In this document: positions 56,696-64,000 of the stretch, in pieces
How the letters are laid out: each line of letters begins with the position of its first letter
Numbering within the stretch: position 1 is the first letter of the stretch
Origin: an uncultured Eubacteriales bacterium
GTDB taxonomy: Bacteria; Bacillota; Clostridia; Saccharofermentanales; UBA5734
Direction of reading: 5' to 3'
DNA length: 64,000 nucleotides
NCBI GenBank assembly: GCA_903919045.1
Contig: CAIXGU010000228.1
Span: forward strand, 239 to 64,238
Notes under the pieces: generated by a model
Databases searched by the model: none
What the model was told of the DNA's origin: nothing
What the model saw: only the letters and a program-made list of their open reading frames with translations
Program-made: the position numbers and the translations under genes

Positions 56696-57604
56696 TCAGG
56701 CGTCGCGCTTCATGCGGAACGGGAGGAACTCGGAGGCGAGGATGCCGATGAAGACAAGAAGACATCCGGCCGCCCGTACGAGCGTCAGCGATTCCGTCGC
56801 ACCGTCGGGACCCGGGATGACGAGCGCGAACATCAGGGCGAACACCGGTTCGAAGGAGTAGATGAGCACGGCTCGCGTCGGCGTCGTGCGGTACTGGAAG
56901 GCGGTCTGGACCGTGAACGCGACGACGGTGCCGACGATGCCGGTGTAGACGATCGGCAGGACCGGGATCGCGGAGAGCGGGAGGGTCGCCCCTCCGGTCG
57001 CGAAATGCCAGGCCCCCGAAAGGACGGCCACGACGGCGAATTGGAGGAAGGTCAGGGCATAGGCGTCCTCCCCTTCCACGAAGCGGTCGAGGGCGGCGAT
57101 CTGGAGCGTCCAGGCGACCGTTCCGAGCAGCGTCAGCCCGTCCCCGACGACCAGCGCGGTCGGCCCGGAGAGCATGCCGGACAGCAGCGCGATGCCGGCG
57201 AGCGCGAGGACGGCGCCGGCGAGGGGGCCTGCGGAGGGGCGGCGGCGGCGCAGGAAAGCCTCGAGGATCGGCACGGCGATGACCGCGAGCCCGGTGAGGA
57301 AGGCGGAGTTGGAGGCGGAGGTCGTGCGCAGGCCCCAGACCTGGAACAGGATGCCGAAGAGGAGCAGGACGCCGAGCGCCGCGCCCTTCCAGAGGGTGGA
57401 GGGCCGGATGCGCGGGAGGCGTCGTGCGAAGATCGCCGCGCAGAGGACCGCGGCGAGCAGGAACCGGTAGAACACGAAGCCGGCCGGCGGGATGGCCAGC
57501 GCTCCGCCCTTCATGACGATGAAAGACGACCCCCATACGAGGGTCGCCGCGAACAGGAGGACCTCGGCGGTCCTTCGACCGGACGCGGAGCGCGCACCGC
57601 TCAC
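56696..57604 (-). CDS. EamA/DMT-family transporter
   Basis: The GTG at 57602-57604 forms a GTGA overlap with the upstream stop; 302 aa. There are 10 predicted TM segments, and WGSSFIVMK matches EamA repeats. Confidence 0.8.
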   Translation of the reverse strand: MSGARSASGRRTAEVLLFAATLVWGSSFIVMKGGALAIPPAGFVFYRFLLAAVLCAAIFARRLPRIRPSTLWKGAALGVLLLFGILFQVWGLRTTSASNSAFLTGLAVIAVPILEAFLRRRRPSAGPLAGAVLALAGIALLSGMLSGPTALVVGDGLTLLGTVAWTLQIAALDRFVEGEDAYALTFLQFAVVAVLSGAWHFATGGATLPLSAIPVLPIVYTGIVGTVVAFTVQTAFQYRTTPTRAVLIYSFEPVFALMFALVIPGPDGATESLTLVRAAGCLLVFIGILASEFLPFRMKRDA

Positions 57605-58329
57605 CGCGGGAGCACCTTCGAGAGGAACTCGCGCGTGCGGGCGTTCCGCGGGTCGCCGAACAGGGCGGAGGGGCTTCCTTCCTCCGCGATGCGGCCTTCG
57701 TCCATGAAGAGGATCCGGCTGCCGACCTCGCGCGCGAAGCCCATCTCGTGCGTGACGACGAGCATGGTCATCCCGTCGGCCGCGAGCTCCTTCATGACGG
57801 ACAGCACCTCGCCGACCATCTCCGGGTCGAGCGCCGACGTGGGCTCGTCGAAGAGCATGATCTCGGGGTCCATCGCGAGGGCGCGGGCGATCGCGACGCG
57901 CTGCTTCTGTCCGCCGGAGAGCTTGGACGGATAGACGAGCGCCTTGTCCGCCAGGCCGACGCGCCGGAGCAGGCCCAGCGCCTTCTCCTCGGCCGCGGCC
58001 GGGTCGAGCCGCTTCAGCTGGACCGGGGCGAGCGTGAGGTTCTGCAGGACGGTCAGGTGCGGGAACAGGTTGAAGAGCTGGAAGACCATCCCCATCTTCT
58101 GGCGCACGCGGTCGATGTCGCACTTCGGGTCGGTGATCTCCTCGCCGTCGACCAGGATGCGGCCCGACGTGGGGTGGTCGAGCAGGTTGATGCAGCGCAG
58201 GAACGTGCTCTTGCCGGAGCCGGACGGGCCGATGACCACGACCTTCTCGCCCTGCTCGACATGCTGGTCGATGCCCTTCAGGACCTCGAGGTCCCCGAAC
58301 CGCTTGACGAGCCTCTCAACGGTGATCAC
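57601..58329 (-). CDS. Polar amino acid ABC transporter ATP-binding protein
   Basis: 242 aa with Walker [10 protein letters not shown], the signature LSGGQKQR and Walker [12 protein letters not shown]. Confidence 0.93.
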   Translation of the reverse strand: MITVERLVKRFGDLEVLKGIDQHVEQGEKVVVIGPSGSGKSTFLRCINLLDHPTSGRILVDGEEITDPKCDIDRVRQKMGMVFQLFNLFPHLTVLQNLTLAPVQLKRLDPAAAEEKALGLLRRVGLADKALVYPSKLSGGQKQRVAIARALAMDPEIMLFDEPTSALDPEMVGEVLSVMKELAADGMTMLVVTHEMGFAREVGSRILFMDEGRIAEEGSPSALFGDPRNARTREFLSKVLPR

Positions 58330-59089
58330 TGCGTCTCAGCCTCGCTTCCACCCGCTTCAGCAGGGAGGTCAGGACCATCACGATGGCCAGGTAGATCGCC
58401 GCGACGACGATCAGCGGCAGGAAGGCGTCGTACGTCTGCGCGCGGATCAGGTCGCCGGCCTTCGTGAGGTCCTCGACGGCGATGTAGCCCGCGATCGCGG
58501 TCTCCTTGAGGAGGGTGATGAACTCGTTGCCCATGGCGGGCAGGACGTTCTTCGTCGCCTGCGGGATGACGACCGTGCGCATGGAGGCCGCGTAGTCGAG
58601 GCCGAGGGAGCGCGAGGCCTCCATCTGGCCCTTGTCGATCGACAGGATGCCGCCGCGGATGATCTCGGCCATGTACGCGCCGCTGTTGATGCCGAAGGCG
58701 ATGACGGCCACGAGGACCTTCGGGACGTCCACGCTGCCGAAGATGACGAAGTAGATGATGAGCAGCTGGACGACGGACGGCGTGCCGCGGATCACCGTGA
58801 GGTAGAGGTCGGCGATCCAGCCGAGGGGCCCCACCTTGCCGCCGTTGTACTGCGTCACCTTCACGAGGGCGAGCGCGAGGCCGATCGCGAGGCCGAGGAG
58901 GGTCGCGAACAGCGTGATCTCCAGCGTGGTCCCGAGGCCCTTCAGAAGCCAGAGCCAGCGGTCGTCCTTGATGAAGTCCGCCTGGACGTCCCGCCAGAAT
59001 TCCGCGAGGAACGGGGGCAGGTCCGGCGTCGGCAGCGGCGTCGGGGACGGACTCGCGATCGGGGACAGGAGCGGGGTCGGCGTCGTCAT
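58316..59089 (-). CDS. Polar amino acid ABC transporter permease (HisMQ family) with a Pro/Thr/Ser-rich N-terminal extension
   Basis: 257 aa with GGTGGAGGG before the ATG. The EAA-like loop is [21 protein letters not shown]. Confidence 0.9.
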   Translation of the reverse strand: MTTPTPLLSPIASPSPTPLPTPDLPPFLAEFWRDVQADFIKDDRWLWLLKGLGTTLEITLFATLLGLAIGLALALVKVTQYNGGKVGPLGWIADLYLTVIRGTPSVVQLLIIYFVIFGSVDVPKVLVAVIAFGINSGAYMAEIIRGGILSIDKGQMEASRSLGLDYAASMRTVVIPQATKNVLPAMGNEFITLLKETAIAGYIAVEDLTKAGDLIRAQTYDAFLPLIVVAAIYLAIVMVLTSLLKRVEARLRRSDHR

Positions 59090-59134
59090 GGGGTCCCTCC
59101 ACCGGGTGGAATCGGTCCGCGTCCGGACAGGCGA

Positions 59135-59162
59135 GCGGCCGCCGGGAACCCCCGGCGGCCGC
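59135..59162 (-). promoter_or_regulatory. Intercistronic 12-bp perfect stem-loop between the binding-protein and permease genes
   Basis: GCGGCCGCCGGG, loop AACC, CCCGGCGGCCGC. A second, weaker hairpin lies at about 59170-59205. Confidence 0.55.
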
Positions 59163-59212
59163 CGTGACGAGCGGACGGTCCGGCCGGAGGCTTCCGGCGC
59201 GGCGGACCGGCG

Positions 59213-59956
59213 CTACGACTCGGAGCTGTACTTCGCGATGATCGCGTCCAGGGTGCCGTCGGCCTTGATCGCCGCGATCACCTTGTTGATCTTCGCGAGC
59301 AGGTCGGTGTTGCCCTTCTTGACGGCGATCGCGTACTGCTCGACGGAGAGAGGCTCGGACAGGATCACGAGGCCGGCGTTCTTCTCGACGCTCTTCTGCG
59401 CCGGGTAGGAGTCGATCACGACGGCGTCGACCTTGTCCTGCAGGAGCTCGGTCACGCAGTCGGCGACCTTGGTCAGGTTGTCGAGGGTGGCCCCTTCGAT
59501 CTCGCCCGCGAGGTCCGCGCCCGTGGTGCCCTGCTGGACGGCGATCTTCTTGCCGACGAGGTCCGCCGCGGTCTTGATCGCGGAGCCTTCCTTGACGATG
59601 ATCACCTGGGAGGCATCGAAATAGGTGTCGGAGAAGTCGACGTTCTGGCGGCGTTCGTCGTTCGCGGTCATGCCGGCCGCGACGAAGTCGATCTTCCCGC
59701 TCTGGACGGCGGCGATCAGGCTGTCGAAGTTCATGTCCTCGACCTTGAGGTCCTTGCCGGCTTCCTTGGCGATCAGGTTCGCGATGTCGACGTCGATGCC
59801 GATCACCTTCTGGTCCGCGTCGACGAACTCGAAGGGCTCGAAGCCGGAGCTGGTGCCCATCACGACGTCCTTCGAACCGGCGCAGCCGGCGGCGGCGAAC
59901 GCGACCGCGAGGACGAGCATGAGGGCGATCGTGGCGAGGATGCGGGTCTTCTTCAT
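59213..59956 (-). CDS. Family-3 polar amino acid ABC transporter substrate-binding lipoprotein
   Basis: 247 aa. The lipobox is FAAAGC, and motifs are GFEPFEF, GIDVDIA and DFVAAGMT. Confidence 0.92.
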   Translation of the reverse strand: MKKTRILATIALMLVLAVAFAAAGCAGSKDVVMGTSSGFEPFEFVDADQKVIGIDVDIANLIAKEAGKDLKVEDMNFDSLIAAVQSGKIDFVAAGMTANDERRQNVDFSDTYFDASQVIIVKEGSAIKTAADLVGKKIAVQQGTTGADLAGEIEGATLDNLTKVADCVTELLQDKVDAVVIDSYPAQKSVEKNAGLVILSEPLSVEQYAIAVKKGNTDLLAKINKVIAAIKADGTLDAIIAKYSSES

Positions 59957-60003
59957 CGGGTCTTCCTCCTTGGAAGGGCGGTTTCTCCGTCCATGCCTGC
60001 ATA

Positions 60004-60032
60004 TTTATACAGCAAGAATGGATGGAATTCAA
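60004..60032 (-). promoter_or_regulatory. SigA-type promoter for the amino acid ABC operon (TTGAAT, 17 nt, TATAAA)
   Basis: The reverse complement of 60027-60032 is TTGAAT and that of 60004-60009 is TATAAA. Confidence 0.6.
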
Positions 60033-60072
60033 TCGGTTCCCTTCACGTTCCGTGACATCGGTCGATTCAGCG

Positions 60073-62508
60073 TCACGACGGGCGCAGCTCGGCGCCGAAT
60101 CCGCGCTCCAGCGCGGCGAGCACGGCGGCCACGGCCGCCTGGACCTCCTCCTCTCGGAGCGTCCGCTCGGAAGAGCGGAAGACGAGGCCGAAGGCCGCGG
60201 ACTTGGATCCTTCCCTCACCTGCGGCCCCTGGTAGACGTCGAACAGCGCCACCGACTCGAGCAGCGGACCCGCGGCGTCCCGGATCGCCGCCTCGAGGCG
60301 GCCGACGGGGATGTCGGCGCGCACGAGCACGGCGATGTCGCGCGAGACCGCGGGGAAGCGCGGCAGCGCCTTCGCCGCGCGCCGCTCCGTCGAGGCGGCC
60401 TCGAGCGCGTCCATCCGGACGCTCATCAGGACGGTCGAGGCGGGCGCCTCGTAGGCCGCCGCGACGTCGGGGTGCACCGTGCCGAGGAAGCCGGCCTCCT
60501 TCCCGCCGATCCGCACCGTCGCCGCGCGGCCGGGATGGAGCGTGGGGTGGTCCTCGAGGGGCTCGAACGACAGGGACGGGATGCCGAGGCGGAGCGCCGT
60601 CTCCTCGAGGGCGCCCTTCATCCGGAGGAACGGATCCGGCGAGGCGGGGTCGGCCGCCTCGTCGTACAGCGCGGCGGACAGCATCGCGATCTCGTCGGGC
60701 AGGCCGTCGGCGCGCGCGGCGGGACGGTAGACGCGCGAGACCTCGAAGATCCGCAGCGCGGCGTTCCCGCGGCTCGCGTTGAGGGCGGCGACGCCGAGCA
60801 GCCCGTCGACGGTCGTGGTCCGCATGACGCCGAAGTCCTCGCCGAGCGGATTGAGGAGGCGCACGGCGTCGCGCAGGGGATGGCCCTCGGGGAGGCGCAT
60901 CCGGTCGAACTGCTTCGGGCTGCCGAAGGAGTAGGTGTACGTTTCGTAGAATCCGGCGGCGACCATCGCGTCCTTGACGGATTCGACCACGCGCTGGGCG
61001 TAGGTGCGGCCGCCGATCGTCGTGGATTCGCCGGAGCGCAGGGACGCCGGGATCCGGTTGTAGCCGTAGAAGCGCGCGACCTCCTCGGCCAGGTCGGCCT
61101 CGGACTCGAGGTCGGCGCGGTACGAGGGAGGGACGACGGCGCCTTCGGGCCCGTCCCCGGGGGCTCCGCGCTCGAGGCGGCAGCCGACCGCGGCGAGGAT
61201 GCGCTCCATCTCGGCGGCGGGGATCTCCGTCCCGAGGAAGGCGGCGATGCGCGCCGGCCGGAAGGGGATGCGGACGGGCGCGGGCTTCGTCGGGAAGACG
61301 TCGATCCGGCCGCGGCAGACGGTGCCGCAGCCCAGGCGCTCGATCAGCTCGGCGGCGCGGTCGAGGGCGCGCGGGGCGTTCTCGACGTCGAGGCCCTTCT
61401 CGAAGCGCGCGGACGATTCGGTCCGCAGGCCGACCGCCTTCGCCGTCAGCCGGGTCCGGATGCCGTGGAAGACCGCGGACTCGAGCAGGATCTCCTTCGT
61501 CGCATCCGAGATCTCCGAATGCTCGCCGCCCATGACGCCGGCGAGGGCGACCGGACCCGCCGGGTCCGCGATCACCAGCATCGACGGGTCGAGGGCGCGG
61601 TCGGTCCCGTCGAGCGTGCGCATGCGCTCGCCTTCCGCGGCGCGGCGCACGATCACGGAGCGGTCGTGCAGGAACGACAGGTCGAACGCGTGCATCGGCT
61701 GCCCGAGCTCGAGCATGACGTAATTCGTGATGTCGACGATGTTCGAGATCGGACGCACGCCGGCGTCGCGGAGGCGGCGGCGCATCCATTCGGGCGAGGG
61801 GCCGACCTTCACGTTGCGCACCACGCGGGCGCAGTACCGGAAGCACAGGTCGGGCGCGTCGATGCGGACGGCGGCGAGCGACGCGGTCGTCGCGGGGTCC
61901 TCCTCCCTCACCTGCGGCGCGCAGGGGCGGAACGGCCGGCCGAAGGTCGCGGCGGCCTCGCGCCCGAGCCCTTCGACGCTGAGGCAGTCCGGCCGGTTGG
62001 ACGTGATCTCGAAGTCGACCGTCGTCTCGCCGAGGCCCAGGACCTCGCGCAGGTCGGCGCCGGCCGGCGTCTCCGCCGGGAGCAGCCAGATGCCGTCCTC
62101 GGCGGCCTCGGGGAACTCCATCCGCGTGAAGCCGAGCTCCTGGATCGAGCAGAGCATGCCGTCCGACGCGACGCCGCGCAGCGTGCCCTTCCGGATCTCC
62201 TTGCCGTCGGCGAGCGTCGCGCCGTCCAGCGCGACCGGCACCACGGCGCCCGCGGCGACGTTCGAGGCGCCCGTCACGACCTGCAGCGTCCCGTGCGGTC
62301 CGCAGTCCACGGTGCAGACCGACAGGCGGTCCGCGCCGGGATGCTTCGCGACCGAGACGACGCGGCCCGTCGCGACGCCCGAGATGCCCTCGCCCGACAC
62401 GGCGAGCCCTTCGACCTTCGAGCCGCTCATCGTCATCGCCTCGGCGAACGCGTGCGCGTCCTCCGGTATCTCCGTGAAATCCCTCAGCCAGCCCATCGGT
62501 GCCTTCAT
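60073..62508 (-). CDS. pheT: Phenylalanine--tRNA ligase beta subunit
   Basis: 811 aa. The N-terminus is MKAPMGWLRDF followed by a tRNA-binding OB domain, B3/4 and B5 domains, and a C-terminal FDX-ACB domain. Confidence 0.95.
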   Translation of the reverse strand: MKAPMGWLRDFTEIPEDAHAFAEAMTMSGSKVEGLAVSGEGISGVATGRVVSVAKHPGADRLSVCTVDCGPHGTLQVVTGASNVAAGAVVPVALDGATLADGKEIRKGTLRGVASDGMLCSIQELGFTRMEFPEAAEDGIWLLPAETPAGADLREVLGLGETTVDFEITSNRPDCLSVEGLGREAAATFGRPFRPCAPQVREEDPATTASLAAVRIDAPDLCFRYCARVVRNVKVGPSPEWMRRRLRDAGVRPISNIVDITNYVMLELGQPMHAFDLSFLHDRSVIVRRAAEGERMRTLDGTDRALDPSMLVIADPAGPVALAGVMGGEHSEISDATKEILLESAVFHGIRTRLTAKAVGLRTESSARFEKGLDVENAPRALDRAAELIERLGCGTVCRGRIDVFPTKPAPVRIPFRPARIAAFLGTEIPAAEMERILAAVGCRLERGAPGDGPEGAVVPPSYRADLESEADLAEEVARFYGYNRIPASLRSGESTTIGGRTYAQRVVESVKDAMVAAGFYETYTYSFGSPKQFDRMRLPEGHPLRDAVRLLNPLGEDFGVMRTTTVDGLLGVAALNASRGNAALRIFEVSRVYRPAARADGLPDEIAMLSAALYDEAADPASPDPFLRMKGALEETALRLGIPSLSFEPLEDHPTLHPGRAATVRIGGKEAGFLGTVHPDVAAAYEAPASTVLMSVRMDALEAASTERRAAKALPRFPAVSRDIAVLVRADIPVGRLEAAIRDAAGPLLESVALFDVYQGPQVREGSKSAAFGLVFRSSERTLREEEVQAAVAAVLAALERGFGAELRPS

Positions 62509-62550
62509 GTCCGGTCCCTCCTCCGCCGTCCGGCGGAACGCCTCTCCGCC

Positions 62551-63582
62551 CTACTTGAACTGGACCAGGAAGCGGACGTCGTTCTCGTACAGCGCGCGCA
62601 TGTCCTCGATGCCGAAGCGGGCCATCGCCGTCCGTTCGACGCCGATGCCGAACGCGAAGCCGCTGTAGACCTCCGGGTCGATCCCGCAGCCCGCGAGGAC
62701 CTTCGGGTGGACCATCCCGGCGCCGAGCATCTCGACCCAGCCCTCGCCCTTGCAGGTCCGGCAGCCCTTCCCGCCGCAGACCCAGCAGCTCACGTCGACC
62801 TCCGCGCTGGGCTCGGTGAACGGGAAGTGGTGCGGGCGCAGGCGGATGCGCGTGCCCTCGCCGAAGAGGCGGCGGGCGTAGAGCTGCAGCGAGCCGACGA
62901 GGTCGCCCATGGTGATCCCCTTGTCGACCGCGAGGCCCTCGATCTGGTGGAAGACGGCGGAATGCGTCGCGTCGATCGTGTCCGACCGGTACACGCGGCC
63001 GGGGCAGACGATGCGGATCGGCGGGCGCGTGGACTCCATCACGCGGACCTGCACGGGCGAGGTCTGCGTGCGGAGCAGCACCGTGTCGGACACGTAGAAC
63101 GTGTCCTGCGTGTCGCGGGCGGGGTGCCCCGCCGGCGTGTTCAGCATCTCGAAGTTGTAGCGGTCGAGCTCGACCTCGGGGCCCTCGGCGATCGAATAGC
63201 CGAGGCCGAGGAAGACGCCGCAGATCTCGTCGATCGCCTTCGTGAGCGGGTGCCGCGCGCCCATCGGGGAGCGCAGGCCCGGCAGGGTCACGTCGATCCG
63301 CTCGCGGGCCATCCGCGCTGCGCGCTCGTCGGCCGCGACCACGGCTTCGCGGGCCGCGAGGGCGGCCTCGAGCGCTTCGCGCGCCTCGTTCGCCGCCTGG
63401 CCCGCCGCCGGTCGATCCTCGGCCGGCAGCTGCCCCATCCCGCGCAGGACGAGCGTGATCTCGCCCTTCTTCCCGAGGTAGCGCACGCGCAGCGCCTCGA
63501 TCTCCTGCGTCGTCGCGGCGTGCGCGCACTCCGGCGCGAACCGCGCCCGGACCTCGTCCAGCTGTGCCCTCAGATCCACCAT
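62551..63582 (-). CDS. pheS: Phenylalanine--tRNA ligase alpha subunit
   Basis: The ATG at 63580-63582 lies 6 nt after GGGAGG; 343 aa. Class II motifs are present: RDTQDTFY, FRPHHFPFTEPS and GFAFGIGVER. Confidence 0.95.
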   Translation of the reverse strand: MVDLRAQLDEVRARFAPECAHAATTQEIEALRVRYLGKKGEITLVLRGMGQLPAEDRPAAGQAANEAREALEAALAAREAVVAADERAARMARERIDVTLPGLRSPMGARHPLTKAIDEICGVFLGLGYSIAEGPEVELDRYNFEMLNTPAGHPARDTQDTFYVSDTVLLRTQTSPVQVRVMESTRPPIRIVCPGRVYRSDTIDATHSAVFHQIEGLAVDKGITMGDLVGSLQLYARRLFGEGTRIRLRPHHFPFTEPSAEVDVSCWVCGGKGCRTCKGEGWVEMLGAGMVHPKVLAGCGIDPEVYSGFAFGIGVERTAMARFGIEDMRALYENDVRFLVQFK

Positions 63583-63600
63583 CCCGCACCTCCCGGCATG

Positions 63601-63871
63601 AAAAAGGCCTTCCCTCCCCTGTTCGGGACGGAAGGCTCGTGCGAACCCTTCGCGGTACCACCCGGATTCCGGCGCCGCTGCGCGCGCCGGCTCTTTCACG
63701 GCCTCTATCGGGGCCCTCCGTCGCCGCCTACGCAGGATCCCTCGCGGGCCTCCCTTCGGAGCGCCGTTCCGGAGCGAACTTCGGCGACCTTCGTCCCGGG
63801 CGGCTTCCAGCCCTCGGCCGGCCCTCTCTGGGGGGACGCGGAGAGTCGCCTACTCTCTCCTTCATCACGTT
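63601..63871 (-). promoter_or_regulatory. T-box riboswitch leader (Phe specifier UUC) with intrinsic terminator, controlling pheST
   Basis: On the reverse strand, stem I begins GTGATGAAGGAGAGAGTA and contains CCAGAGAG. The specifier loop is GAAG-TTC-G, with TTC at 63776-63778. The T-box sequence AATCCGGGTGGTACCGCG lies at about 63651-63668. The terminator GCCTTCCGTCCC..GGGGAGGGAAGGC plus TTTTT spans 63601-63636. Confidence 0.9.
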
Positions 63872-63877
63872 GACCGT

Positions 63878-63906
63878 ATGGTAGCACCGCGGAACGGGCC
63901 TGTAAA
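63878..63906 (-). promoter_or_regulatory. SigA-type promoter for the pheST T-box leader (TTTACA, 17 nt, TGC-TACCAT)
   Basis: The reverse complement of 63901-63906 is TTTACA and that of 63878-63883 is TACCAT, preceded by TGC. Confidence 0.6.
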
Positions 63907-63932
63907 GGGCGGCTGCGGCCGCTCCCCCGCGC

Positions 63933-64000
63933 TCAGGGAGCCGGGTCGGGCGGGACGTCGACCTGGAGCGTCACCGGCCCGTCGTTCACGAGCTCGACCT
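63933..64000 (-). CDS. Partial CDS: C-terminal about 22 codons of an unidentified gene entering from the right edge
   Basis: The frame is open to the window edge and ends at a TGA (63933-63935). Nearly every third position is G/C (..VELVNDGPVTLQVDVPPDPAP*). The product is not identifiable. Confidence 0.45.
   Translation of the reverse strand, partial: VELVNDGPVTLQVDVPPDPAP

Noticed and set aside
60022-63873. 1283-aa plus-strand ORF and the 1210-aa minus-strand ORF (60029-63661) across the pheST region
   Set aside because: Both are alternative frames of pheT/pheS. Their translations are Arg/Pro/Gly-rich with no motifs. The true frames (60073-62508, 62551-63582) carry class II aaRS motifs and GC3 saturation.

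Overview
This is a 64-kb chromosomal window from a very GC-rich genome; by eye, third codon positions are almost all G/C. Gene order is nevertheless the classic Firmicutes/Clostridia core layout. The conserved blocks are recO-era-ybeY-phoH, lspA-rluD, rny-ymdB, efp-asp23-amaP-DUF2273-nusB-xseA-xseB-ispA-dxs-tlyA-nadK-argR-recN, secA, and a T-box-controlled pheST. I can support about 58 protein-coding genes (most on the minus strand, two truncated at the window edges), 7 tRNA genes in four small clusters, and one Phe-specific T-box leader. I also found several near-consensus SigA-type promoters, which stand out as AT-rich islets, and several GC-rich intrinsic terminators. I found no rRNA, CRISPR array, transposase, integrase or phage genes, so the window is mostly housekeeping.

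Items worth a second look, in rough order of interest:
- A translationally coupled trio of TadE/TadG-like pseudopilin-type membrane proteins (53719-56574). No Tad machinery is in the window, and the trio sits next to two tandem LCP genes.
- A topoisomerase IV/gyrase-type A-subunit gene broken by a 1-nt frameshift in a C5 run (30650-30654).
- A coupled punA-ahcY-mtaD operon that would fit an S-inosylhomocysteine route for SAH disposal.
- A PD-(D/E)xK nuclease fused to an XPD/DinG-type helicase.
- A GNAT-Ogt fusion inside a heterogeneous five-gene operon.
- Two candidate leaderless mRNAs.

Many very long ORFs in the supplied track are GC-driven shadow frames and were rejected. All functional calls rest on motif recognition by eye, and no database search was possible.
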